From Octopus bimaculoides (taxonomy: Eukaryota), in contig NC_068985.1 of the NCBI RefSeq assembly GCF_001194135.2, forward strand, positions 9,629,894 through 9,687,961: a stretch of 58,068 nt of DNA, given 5' to 3'. Each line of letters starts with the position of its first letter. Within the stretch, counting starts at the first letter, position 1. The translations under genes and the position numbers were made by a program. Positions 40,726-53,522 of the stretch are shown here, piece by piece. The notes under the pieces are model-generated. The model was given only the letters and a program-made list of their open reading frames with translations, did no database searches and was not told the origin of the DNA.

Positions 40726-41068
40726 AATGTGTGTGTGTGTGTGTGTGTGCAGGCGTGGCTATGTGGTGAGGAGCTTGCCTTCCAACCACATGGTTCCGGG
40801 CTCAGTCACACAGCGTGGCATGTTGGGCAAGTGTCTTCTACTATAGCCTTGGACCGACCAAAGCCTTGTGAGTGGATTCGGAAGACAGAAACTGAAAGAA
40901 GCTCATCGTATATATATATATATATATTATAAATAAATAAAATAAATATATATATTTATTATAAATAAATTAAAAAAAACGAAGAACCAACACAAGAAAA
41001 ATTCAACAACGTAAGGACATGGTACATGGAAAGTATTAGCAGACGCTCAAGGAAAGGAAAGCAAGATG

Positions 41069-41103
41069 GCTTTACATTTCGAACAACGCTCTTCTTCAGA
41101 GAC
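41069..41103 (-). ncRNA. Degenerate minimal hammerhead motif
   Basis: GUCU CUGAAGA A GAGC GUU GUUC GAAA UG UA AAGC; lies inside the microsatellite of a family A SINE. Confidence 0.45.
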
Positions 41104-41821
41104 AGGTGACGGAGAGAAGTCCAAGAAAAAAGGAAGATGGAGGAAAAATATCGTCAACGATTCCCATGAGGTTTATACATATATATGTGTGTGTGTGTGT
41201 GTGTTTGTCCCCACAACCACCATCACTTGACAACCAATGTTGGTGTGTTTATGTCCCCTATAACCTAGCGGTTTGGCAAAAACAGAGACCGATAGAATAA
41301 GTACCAGGCTTACAAAGAATAAGTCCAGGGGTCGATTTGATTCGACTAAAGGCGGTGCTCCAGCATGGCCGCAGTCACACGACTGAAACAAGTAAAAGAA
41401 TATATATACATATATGCACATCACATGCACCTAGATCAGTGGAAAAGACCTTTACTGAGTAAAAAGTATGAGACATTCTGTAAAGTATTGTTACGAACAT
41501 AAATCAATAGAACATGGGAAATATGCAGGGTAAAAGAAGAGGAATATCTCTTTCTCTCTCTCTCTCATATATATATCATCCTCTTCACATGTCCATGTTT
41601 GCATGGGTCATGCAGAGTATATTGTGACAGATCTTCTAGAGGTCGATGCCCTTCCGGTCACCAACCCTCATCTATCTCCAAGCAAGGTAATATTTCCCCT
41701 GCTTTTCCATGGAAGACTAGGAACAAACAACACTGCTTGTGAGGGTAATGATACTTGTTAACAACCATCATGTGATGACAGGTCAGAGATACACACACAC
41801 ATTTATATAAAGAAGCTTATC

Positions 41822-41864
<43 letters not shown>

Positions 41865-42442
41865 TATATATTGACACTATATTCTTTTATTCTTTCCTTT
41901 TGTTTCAGTCGTGTGACTGCAGCCATGCTGGAGCACTGCCTTTACTCGAACAAATCTACCCCAGGACTTATTCNNNNNNNNNNNNNNNNNNNNNNNNNNN
42001 NNNNNNNNNNNNNNNNNNNNNNNNNNNNNNNNNNNNNNNNNNNNNNNNNNNNNNNNNNNNNNNNNNNNNNNNNGGAGCCAGTCCAGTGGTACTGGCAACG
42101 ACCTCGCTCAAATGATTTTCTAATGTGCCAGCAAGGCGACGCTGGCAACGATCACGCTCAAATGGTGCTATTTATGGGCCACTAGCATGGAAGCCAGACA
42201 GCTGCTCTGGCAATGATCACGCTCAGACAGTGCTGTTAGTGTTCCACTGGCACAGGTGCCGGTCATCAAATATCGTTCAATTACGATTTCAATTTCACTT
42301 GCCCTAACAGGTCTTCGCAAGCAGAGTTTAGTGTCCAATGAAGGAGACGTTGGCATGGGTGCCAGTCATTGAATTTGGTACAGTTTCAATTATATATATA
42401 TATATATATATATATATNNNNNNNNNNNNNNNNNNNNNNNNN

Positions 42443-42480
<38 letters not shown>

Positions 42481-44125
42481 AGCTTTACATAGTGTTGTAC
42501 GGTTATCGACTGCTATTTCCAGTGAACATTGGTGCCTTGTTGTGCCACTACTTCCTATTTATAATTCTACCTTTATGATGCTTTATTTAGCTGGAAAATA
42601 ACACTATTGTATTGCAACAATATTCACCATTTTTATATATCTAAATTTGTGTATATCTATGTGTGAGTTTGTCGTCTAACACCGGTTCTCAAGTAGTGGT
42701 GGGCGACAGACTCACACACACCACTGCTTGACAACCGGTATTGGTGTGTTTAAAACCCCGTAACTTAGCAGTTCAGCTAAAGAGGTTGATAGAATAAGTA
42801 ACAGGCTTAAAAAGTAAAAAGTACAGGAATTGATTTATTCAACTAAAATCCTTCAAGGCAGTGCCCCAGCATGGTCACAGTCTAATGACTGGACAGCATT
42901 TAAAAATAAGCTGAAAATTGTATTTGATAAATGTAGTCTCATAGCATACATTCCATATATTTGATAAACACTTGTTTAAGAAGGAAAAAATTATTGAACC
43001 ATTTTGAAAGATTGGCTCCAGAGAGAATTTAAATGAGTGAAATTCTAAATAAACCATTTAAATAGTTTATTGGGATTAAAACAATAAAAAAAACTCTCAG
43101 ACTAATTATTCAAGGTTTCTCAACATTTTATTCTATTACATCACTGATGAGCCAGCATCACTAAACATTATAGTGATCCACACAAGTTAATCCTTTAAAA
43201 TTTAAACCAGCTATATCAGACCCAAATATTCTGTCTTATGTCCTATTTAGCCAGATCTGGCCTCTCACACTTACCCTACCATGTCATTCTAAAAAGAAAC
43301 TATCTCATCATCGAAATCTCAAAGCTATGAGATAATGCAAGATTAATTCCAAAGGTCTGCCCAACTGGCTTCCGTGCCGGTGACACGTAAAAAGCACCAT
43401 CCAAATGTGGTCGATGCCAGTGCCCCGCCGACTGACTCCCATGCCGGTGGCATGTAAAAAGCACTATCCGAATGTGGTCAATGCCAGATCCATCTGACTG
43501 GCTCCCGTACCAGTAGCATGCAAAATGCACCCACTACACTCTTGGAGTGGTTGGCATTAGGAAGGGCATCCAGCTGTAAAAACATTGCCAGATCAGATTG
43601 GAGCCTGGTGCAGCCGCTGGCTTCCTAGTCCTCAGCCAAACCATCCAACCCATGCCAGCATGGAAAACAGACGATAAAAGACAACGATGATGATGTGAAT
43701 AAAAGAGGATTACATTTCACAAAACAACCTGAATGCCAAAGGTTTAAAAGTTATTCATATTCATGATTTATGCCAAAGATGTAGAAAATGTCTCCAAAGT
43801 CAAGTGCCCACAAGTTAAATATTTTGGTTCATGTGAAAATGATATTACTGAGAAAACATCTAAAATGAGTTAAACTTGGGGCTTTCTTCAGGAGTTCTAC
43901 CATTGAACTTGCCTTTTTTCTTTGACTTGTTTCAGCCATTAGACTGTGGACTTGAACAATTTAGAGTCAAATGTATCGAGCCAGGTACTTTTTTTTTTAA
44001 GCCTAGTACTTATTCTATCGATATCTTTTGCCGAACTGCAAAGTTACAGCGGCATGAACACACTAACACCAGTTGTCAAGTGGTGGAGGGGGGAGACAAA
44101 CACAGACATATATGTTGTTGTTGTT

Positions 44126-44506
44126 GTTAGCACTCCGTCGCTTACGACGTCGAGGGTTCCAGTTCATCCAATCAACGGAACATCTTGGTCGTGAAATTAA
44201 CGTGCAAGTGGCTGAGTACTCCACAGACACGTGTACCCTTAACGTAGTTCTCGGGGATATTCAGCGTGACACAGTGTGACAAGGCTGACCCTTTGAATTA
44301 CAGGCACAACAGAAACAGGAAGTAAAAGTGAGAGAAAGTTGTGGTGGAAGAGTACAGCAGGGTTCGCCACCATCCCTTGCCGGAGCCTCGTGGAACTTTA
44401 GGTGTTTTCGCTCAATAAACACTCACAACTCCCGGTCTGGGAATTGAAACCGTGATCCTATGACCGCAAGCCCGCTGCCCTAACCACTGGGCCATTGCGC
44501 CTCCAC
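44126..44506 (-). mobile_element. SINE family C
   Basis: Closely similar to 16268-16645. Confidence 0.9.
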
Positions 44507-44741
44507 TACAGACACATATACATAGATATATACATATGATGTATATTGGTTTACATGTTTCTTTGTTGTAGTTTTATTAAAGTTAGTGTTTAATCCTGCC
44601 TATAAATTGATTGAATGAATGAATGTGGTCGTTAAGCTTTCACTTTTATATTATACTATGGAAGATGGTAGGGATTGTAATTTTTGTATGACTCAATGGA
44701 TTGGTCAACATTTAGTTACATATTTAGGAGTTGGTAGTAAT

Positions 44742-45195
44742 TTACTTATTGAATTTATTTACCGATACAGTTATACATAGGGTAAATGTGTTTGAAAGTT
44801 GTGGTTTCTTTGGTTTGTTTGTTCCAATAGTAGAGGAGTCAGAGGTGCCAATAGTAGAGGAGTCAGAAGTGTCAATAGTAGAGGAGTCAGAAGTGCCAAT
44901 AGTAGAGGAGTCAGAAGTGCCAATAGTAGAGGAGTCAGAAGTGCCAATAGTAGAGGAGTCAGAAGTGTCAATAGTAGAGGAGTCAGACATGCCAATGGTA
45001 GAGGAGTCAGAAGTGTCAATAGTAGAGGAGTCAGAGGTGCCAATAGTAGAGGAGTCAGAGCTACCAATAGTAGAGGAACCGGAGTCAGAGGTGCCAATAG
45101 TAGAGGAGCTGGAGTCGGAGATGCCAACAGTAGAGGAGTCAGAGTCAAAGTTTTTTGTTTTGACTCCACAGAATAATGAGGACCATTTTGTCATC
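44742..45195 (-). CDS. Candidate terminal exon encoding Ser/Thr/Asp-rich (TIGTSDSS)n repeats
   Basis: Open frame through the array to a stop at 44742; AATAAA on the minus strand at 44573-44578; possible acceptor ctttaag at 45196-45197. The plus frame (VPIVEESE)n is also open. Confidence 0.3.
44821..45144. repeat. 24-bp minisatellite, 13 units (two of 30 bp)
   Basis: Unit gtgccaatagtagaggagtcagar; both length variants are +6 nt. Confidence 0.95.
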
Positions 45196-45199
45196 CTTA

Positions 45200-45480
45200 A
45201 AGATGACTGACGGCTTGCACAGCGATGACTTATTTCAAGTGAAGAAGAGTTGTGCAGCATTGACCTCACTTTCTCATCCATGACCATCTTTGGTCCAGTG
45301 GCAAGACCAGGTCAAGTCAACTGAAGATGGAGACGGATGCAGTGGATGACCAAGATGTCTCACTTGCTTCATCTTGCTCTCTGCACTCCACAATGTGTTG
45401 CTGCAGCCACCCTTCTCATTCATTGAACCATAAAGATTTTTTCTGCCAAGTCCAGCAGGTCCAGTCTTCACATGCATAGG
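45200..45480 (-). mobile_element. RTE-like 3' end/UTR
   Basis: Homologous to 36790-36950. Confidence 0.55.
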
Positions 45481-45759
45481 TAAGCAAACCACAATGTTCT
45501 AATTAGCCCATAGCTGGGACCTTGACTCAGAGACGGGGTTAATAGTGGGAATAATAGTGGCTAAGAAGTGATCCCATATTCCTCAAATCCCTGGATCGTT
45601 CATTCATTCATATACACAAGTTATACAGCAATACATACGTGGGGTACAATGAGTATTGTGAACAATTTTTAATTGGCCACAAATGTAAGATGACATAACA
45701 TAAGTGACATATGGCAAACTTTCAGCTTCTTATTTCTCTTTCAAATGTATCATCAACAT

Positions 45760-46700
45760 TAATATGGCAGACACCAATCTGGCAGAGGAAATGAAAAGGC
45801 TTGTCATACACGTGGCTCTGACTGTCACCACAGGAACTCAGAGAACCAGCTTCTTCAGTATAACCAGATCTTCTGTATAAAAGATAGGGAAAGAGCTCAC
45901 AATCTCTGGCAAGGGATGTTTCATTCTTGGCCAAGAGAAAAGAACATTATGAACAAATAAGACCTTGAAGTAGTTGTATGCTGTCAACTTAATGTGACAG
46001 TCCCCTGAAGGGAATAATACTACTGTCGGTTAGACCTAGGAAGCTGCACCGCTTACTGTCGGCCTTGACACATTTCCTGTGTCCTTATGTCTCTCATCCT
46101 CTAGTAAACATAAGGACACAGGAAATGTGTCACGGCCGACAGGAAGCGGTGCAGCTTCCTAGGTCTAACCAACAGTAGTATTATTCCCTTCAGGGGACTG
46201 TCACGTTAAGTTGACAGCATACAACTACTTCATCGTATTACTACTGCATAAATCTCTCTTAGAGATTTAGAAATGTATTATTTCTAAAGAAGACCTTGTC
46301 AAGATGGTCAGTCATTCAACAAATCCAGGATATCACAATGGCAACTCCAGCTGGTTGATGAGGGCCACTACCAAGCTGCCCAAGGCACCAGGGTCCACTA
46401 TTAGATATGTGGTGCTAAAGGACATCAGGTTCAAAAGCTAAATGATGAGAAGAGGACAACTGAGGTACAGCAAGAGCCAGGAGGACCCTGTGACCCTGTG
46501 GCACTCCAAAAATATGTCACTCCTCCCCCAACTCCCTTTTGAATCTCTTCGATTCTGAATCACTGTAGGAGACCAGTGTCATACATTTCCAAAGACTTGT
46601 TAGGTTGGCTGTCATAGAGAGGGTGAGTGACATGAGCTTGGGAGTTAACTGATTCTTGACATGAATGGCCATACAAGGGCCTTTTTAAATGGTTAGTTTT
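45760..46700 (+). pseudogene. Decayed, internally deleted DD37D (maT) mariner transposase interrupted by a foldback insertion
   Basis: N-terminal EEMKRLVIHVAL...TRSSV*KIGKEL, then TIRYVVLKDIRFKS*MMRRGQL (compare VRNVVHEHIRYKSYMMRKGQ in the 55-56 kb copy) and a decayed WPPNSPDLNPLDY-like segment. Confidence 0.65.
45967..46289. mobile_element. About 322-bp foldback insertion with 8-9-bp TSD
   Basis: 125-bp arms 45966-46090 and 46108-46232 with 4 mismatches; aagaccttg at 45959-45967 and 46290-46298. Confidence 0.75.
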
Positions 46701-46829
46701 TATTTATGCATTGTGTTGAACCTGCACCATTTTACCAGGATTATGTTGTTTTTATATGTTTGGTGTATTCCTTATTTTCGGCACACTCAATGCGTGTATG
46801 GATGCGTGTGCGTATGAGCGCTAACAGCA

Positions 46830-47210
46830 CAATCCGAGCGGTCTCGCTTCCATGCTGGGGGCACATAAAAAGCACCATTTGAGCGCAATCGTTTCCAGCT
46901 TCGCCTTACTGGCACTTGTGCCGGTGGCATGTGAACAAAACATTGGACTGACTCCTGTGCAGGTGGTGAGTAAAAAGGCACCATTTGAACGTGGCCGTTG
47001 CCAGTACCACTGGACTGGCCCTCGTGCCAGTGGCACGTAAAAAGCATCCACTACACTCTCGGAGTGGTTGGCATTAGGAAGGGCATCCAGCTGTAGATAC
47101 TCTGCCAGATCAGATTGGAGTCTGGTGTAGCCATCTGGTTTGCCAGTCCCCAGTCAAATCGTCCAACCCATGCTAGCGTGGAAAGCAGATCTTAAAGGAT
47201 GATGATGATC
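46830..47210 (+). mobile_element. Family R element with several 5' subrepeats
   Basis: Repeated gcac(a/g)taaaaagcacc units followed by the family R tail. Confidence 0.85.
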
Positions 47211-47455
47211 ATGATCATCATCATCGTTTAATGATGCAGCACAGAATTTTGTCAGAGAACAGGTCTCGGTCTCAAAGCGACAAAAATATTTTGACAAATT
47301 AAATTTAAATGTTGAAGTGAATCTAAAGGATTTTGTGTGTTATTTTAAATGGCTTATAAATACCTTCCACACTGCAATTGTTTTCATTCCGGCACACGAT
47401 CTCAGATCAGGTCACTTGCTATGCAAGTACATCTCCGTTATATATACTATTTATG

Positions 47456-47487
<32 letters not shown>

Positions 47488-47651
47488 CAGGCTTCTTTCA
47501 GTTTCCGTCTACCAAATCCACTCACAAGGCTTTGGTTGGCCTAAGGCTATAGTAGAAAACACTTGCCCAAGGTGCCACACGGTGGGACTGAACCTGGAAT
47601 CATGTGGTTGGTAAACAAGCTACTTACCACACAGCCATGCCTGCACTTGTA

Positions 47652-47694
<43 letters not shown>

Positions 47695-48725
47695 AAACCA
47701 ACATATTTACATATATACAATAGTTCATAATCTCACATATACTAAAATATGCACACCAGTTTATATATTCACATGACTAACATGTGCTCCCATGGTTAGA
47801 TATCACATTAATGCAATAGGCAGCGAGGTCTCTTGTAATTGCTGGACTTGCTAGAAATAGCAAGCAAATCTCTCACAGATGTCACCATACCTTATCGAAA
47901 AACAATGTACAGATTGCATAAAGTAGTCTTGGATCCATAGTTATCTGAATGGCAGTGCACATTGACTTATAACCTGGCTCAACAACACACTAACACACAC
48001 AGACATACTTCACCAACATACCAACTGTACATATAGGGCTGTACCTGCAGCATTGTAGGCCCTTGGGTGAATCAGTGCATTTGACCCTTTTCAATGACAC
48101 CAAGCTACAGCATTAGAATTGGGTCCCTAGACCTGTGAAGCCTTCAAGCAAGTCAATGTACTGGGCTCAGTTTAATGATAGCAGACCACAAATTATATAG
48201 ATTAGGATTGAGCCCCTAGACCAGCGTTTCTCAACTGGGGTAAACTAACCAATACTAAACACTCAGCTAATTAACACACATACATACATTATCAAGCAAC
48301 TCATACACACATTGCTAATTAACACTGTAGCACATAAACTCATAGGTAATTAAGTCAGGTTCACTGAGCTAATCTACATACCAACATGTACACACATAGA
48401 GTTAATCAACACATGCAAGTGGTTAACCTGGACATCAATACATACACGGGCACAGCTATACAATACACTAACACAACCATACTTTTCTACTCTAGGCACA
48501 AGGCCCGAAATTTTGGGGGAGTGAGGGCAGTCAATTAGAGCAACCCCTGTATGCAACTGGTAAGTTTATCGACCCTGAAAGGATGAAAGGCAAAGCTGAC
48601 CTCGGCGGAACCATACACACACACATCAACATGTATAGACATACCAGAACAATAGTATACACACACCAACATAAATGTATACACCTGAAAGCAATCATAC
48701 ACATACCTCAGAACAAGCCTATATA

Positions 48726-48761
<36 letters not shown>

Positions 48762-49233
48762 CATATANNNNNNNNNNNNNNNNNNNNNNNNNNNNNNNNN
48801 NNNNNNNNNNNNNNNNNNNNNNNNNNNNNNNNNNNNNNNNNNNNNNNNNNNNNNNNNNNNNNNNNNNNNNNNNNNNNNNNNNNNNNNNNNNNNNNNNNNN
48901 NNNNNNNNNNNNNNNNNNNNNNNNNNNNNNNNNNNNNNNNNNNNNNNNNNNNNNNNNNNNNNNNNNNNNNNNNNNNNNNNNNNNNNNNNNNNNNNNNNNN
49001 NNNNNNNNNNNNNNNNNNNNNNNNNNNNNNNNNNNNNNNNNNNNNNNNNNNNNNNNNNNNNNNNNNNNNNNNNNNNNNNNNNNNNNNNNNNNNNNNNNNN
49101 NNNNNNNNNNNNNNNNNNNNNNNNNNNNNNNNNNNNNNNNNNNNNNNNNNNNNNNNNNNNNNNNNNNNNNNNNNNNNNNNNNNNNNNNNNNNNNNNNNNN
49201 NNNNNNNNNNNNNNNNNNNNNNNNNNNNNNNNN

Positions 49234-49282
<49 letters not shown>

Positions 49283-49598
49283 TACACACACACACACTGG
49301 CTCAAATATATACTTGCATCGACACTAACACAAACATACACACAAACCCACATACCGACACAAATATAAATTCCAGCACAAACATGAATTCATACAGATA
49401 AACACACATGCATACCACCATGCACACACACACACACACACACACATGTTTATGATGGGTTTCTTTTAGTTTCCTTCTACCAAATTTACTCACAAGGCTT
49501 TGTTTGACCCAATGCTATAGTAGAAGACACTTGTCGAAAGTACCATGCAGTGGAACTGAACCCCAAACCAAATATTTGAGAAACAAACTTCATAACCA

Positions 49599-49635
<37 letters not shown>

Positions 49636-49733
49636 AATGCATATATACGTATGTATATGTACATATATGCATATGTAGTGACAGCCCACATATGCATATA
49701 CATACATACACATGTATGTATGTATGTATGTAC

Positions 49734-49771
<38 letters not shown>

Positions 49772-49830
49772 TATATTATTATATGATTGAACGCCACACA
49801 TCCTTTTCCAAGTATGCATCTATATATATG

Positions 49831-50090
49831 AGGGGCACATGGCCTAGTGGTTAGGGTGTTGCACTAATGATCTAGCGATCGTGGTTTCAATTCCTAGAGC
49901 GGGTGGTGCATTGTGTTCTTGAGCAAAACGCTTCATTTCACGTTGCTTTACGATCACTTCAACAACTGATGCGTGGCCCACCGTGCACCTGTCTAGGTAA
50001 TGTAGATTAGTTGAAGAGACTGAGCTAATGTGTGGCACAAGCATCTGATTCCGATAAACGAATCAATCGTGCAGGCCATTCAGCAGAAAA
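49831..50090 (+). mobile_element. tRNA-derived SINE (fourth family)
   Basis: A box TGGCCTAGTGG, B box ggtttcaattcc, then tgttcttgagcaaaac. Confidence 0.75.
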
Positions 50091-50105
50091 GCTGGATGTT
50101 AACAT

Positions 50106-50167
50106 GTCGGACAGTTTTGTTAAAATAGAACAGAAATGTCTGTTCTATTTTAACAAAACTGTCCGAC
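50106..50167. repeat. Perfect 29-bp hairpin with 4-nt loop
   Basis: gtcggacagttttgttaaaatagaacaga aatg tctgttctattttaacaaaactgtccgac. Confidence 0.95.
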
Positions 50168-50204
50168 GAACGGGAACGTGAAACACTGAGTAACAGCTTT
50201 TGTT
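50152..50204 (+). ncRNA. Type I hammerhead-like motif, U4>C core
   Basis: aacaaaactgt ccgacga acg ggaa cgt gaaa c actga gta acagcttttgtt: long stem I, GNRA-capped stem II, GUA triplet. A relative lacking stem II is at 10190-10226 (minus). Confidence 0.6.
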
Positions 50205-51069
50205 ATATTTCTGCTGCTTATCACACGCACAAACATACATGTAAACACATACAAATATATACGTACACATACATAAACGTACACACACATTTTTATAGAC
50301 ACACAACTCTTCAGTAGGTCTGCTGGTAGTGCAACAAAATAATACTTGTTGCATGAACGGAATGGTTACATCCGTACATAGTTTCGTGCAGTGACTGCGA
50401 GGATATGAGAGGGGTAAAAAAAAAAAACACAAAAAAACCTTCCTAGTGACTAGGCCAAAAGACCTCAACCGTTCCTTGGTAATATTAATGCTATTCAGCA
50501 CCAGTAAACGAACGTGGTTGACCTCCAGTCAACAGCTAACGAAGGGAGTGTACCACAGAGCAAGCTCTATGTAAATTTAATGATAATCATAAAAACCACA
50601 CATATTTATATTTAAATATATAATCTCTCTCTCCCACACATATATATATATTTGTTCTCTCTGTTGGTGTGGTGGTAATGGACATCAGACACCAAGAAAG
50701 CATTTATATATGCGTGTGTGTGTGTGTGTGTGTGTGTCTGTATCGAAGTGTACAATATTATATATATATACGTTACGACCGATCGTACCGATTGGTTTCG
50801 CACTAGTGGTTCAATGCACGCACATATTCACAAATATATATATATCTATAAACACACATAAAATACACATATGTCCACACACACACATACGAATCATTAT
50901 CATTGTTCTACATCTGCGTTCTCATGTTTACTAAGGACATGTGTTTTGGCTGAATGGCCTTAGATATCACTACTTACAACACATCGAGACACGATGTTGC
51001 CAATATAAATAAATATCAGATACGCACGGTGTGTATGCGTATATAAGTGTATACATACATATGCACGTG

Positions 51070-51258
51070 GGTACTACTAAAGCAGCGCGGACGCTAGCTA
51101 GTCTTGAGTGGTCGATAATAACCCTAACACTATCCCTAACCCTGTCCGTAACACGCGTGTGCAAATGAATACGTGTTTAGGGTTAGGGTCGACCACTTAC
51201 GACTAGCTAGCTCGGACGCGCGACTGCGCGTTCGGGTCCGCGCTGCTTTAGTAGTACC
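51070..51258. mobile_element. 189-bp MITE, 23-bp perfect TIRs, 9-bp TSD (Mutator-like)
   Basis: TIR ggtactactaaagcagcgcggac at 51070-51092 and 51236-51258; TSD atgcacgtg at 51061-51069 and 51259-51267. Confidence 0.85.
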
Positions 51259-52460
51259 ATGCACGTGTTTATGTGCATGTAGAGGTATATATATATACAT
51301 ATGTAAGTGAATAAAATTGCATGTAAACACGTAACCCACATCACACATGCAGCCTCATCATTGTATCATCCACATTTCCATGTTTGCATCGTCGGCTCGT
51401 TGAGGAAGATTTTCTATTGCCAGATGCCCTTCGTATAGTCAACCCCCACCTGTCACAAGGCTGTCTTTGGAAAGCAAATTTCCTACCCAAATAGCAACCA
51501 TGCCTACACAGACACACACAGATGACATTCAGTAGTGTGAACGCTTCAGCTTTGTAGGGGACAAGGCAAGAAAATAGAAACAGTAACGCCATTTGGTTTT
51601 AGGAAAGGCATCCAGCTGGAGAAACCATGCCGAAATGGAACATACAAGAGACACATGGTCCCCCCATCCGTCATGAAGGGCAGTAACTCGAAATAAAATC
51701 CTGCCCGGATCGTGACGACCTATCCAACCCACGCAAGCATAGAAAGTGGCTGTAAAAATGATGATAATGATAATATGCACGTATGTTGATTCATACGTTT
51801 TCCTTATATCATTATCGCCTTTCGTATGTGTGTGTATATATATGATAGTATGTCTGATTTCACACCAACACGTACATGCTCTGCTGGATGGCTGAAATTA
51901 TACTACTACTCAGCCTGTTGGCTTAATCATTCTCTCAACTCATTGATATTTGTGTGTGTCTTGTGATATACACATCCAGATTATGCATGTCTATCACTCC
52001 TTCAGACACACACACACACACACACGTATGAATACACACATACAGAGAACAAGGTGTGTGAATGAGAGGGGGTCGGTTAGCAGTGTTTTTTGACAATCGA
52101 TAAACAGTTTGGTGAAACGACAATGAAAGAGTAATGGGAAATAAGAAAACTACTGCTTTCACTATGATTAATAATAATTTCACTCTCATGTTGATCTAGA
52201 CGTTATTGGTCAGGCCTCCGCTTTTGCGAACAAGTCTTTATATACGGTTGTTCCTAAAATACACACACACACACACATATATATATACTATAATATTTAA
52301 TGTCCATGTTAGCACAAATATATAGACAATTGCATATGAACACACAGGTAGGATATATATATATATATATATACGTATTAACACAGCGCTATATAGACAC
52401 TAAATATACTATAGATATATAAGAAAGCAGACATAAATTTACCTATTAACATATAGACAT

Positions 52461-52492
<32 letters not shown>

Positions 52493-52551
52493 CGGACTAT
52501 AGGCCTATTTACATATTAACACAGCGTATAGACTTATATAATATCAACACA

Positions 52552-52604
<53 letters not shown>

Positions 52605-53522
52605 TATATACTTATCACATAGGAACATTTTAAACATATTAGCAGACATAGAGACGTTAGATATATTAACACACGTACTCAAATATGAACACAAATAATC
52701 AAGTACCTATTCACACACATAGACAAATATGTATTAGCACAAATAACACACATTGTGGGTGTGTGTGTGATTTCACAATAGATTTTATCTTTATCGATTA
52801 GCATGTTTTGTGTTATGTGCGCCCACACATATATATGTATGTATGTATGTATGTATATAATATATTTACAGTAAATGTACATGTAATACACACATACATA
52901 CAATGACAACTTGTATATCATTCATACACACACGTAAGCTTATATATGTATGTGTGTGTGTACGCAGACATTCATATACATCTTCATATTTCGTCGATTT
53001 GTACATGCGCATAAATACATGTGTATATATTCATATATTTGCGTATATTCAATCGGATGTTGAAAATAAAGGTCATTCATATTGTTTATTGAATATGAAA
53101 ATGCATAAATAAATGTGACAATTTTTTTTTAATGTTCAATACCAAATCGTATAAAAGAAAAAAAAAGGGAAGTGGGGGGGGGGAATCTGGAGGGTTCTGG
53201 ACCCCAACCGTATACCTGTCACCCGGTACCTGAAACCCTATAGTTTAATAAATATAGTATCCGCCGGTGGACATTACACTGGGGTGGGTGTATATATATA
53301 ATATTCTTGACCTGAACAATGTAAGAAAATCGATTGTAAGAATAATTATATATGTATATATTACATACACGTGATGCCTGTACGTATATACGTGAACCAA
53401 TATTAACTTTCTAATTATATGTCCAGTAATATTCGAACAACGGGAGAATGGACAAATGTTAGCTGTATGAAAGTATTTGTGAGATGAAATATTTGTGTAT
53501 GTATTAACAGAGAAAAACTGAC

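Noticed and set aside
43146-43165. ctgatga as a further hammerhead core (also near 27407 and 40620)
   Set aside because: No stem II followed by GAAA and no stem I pairing.
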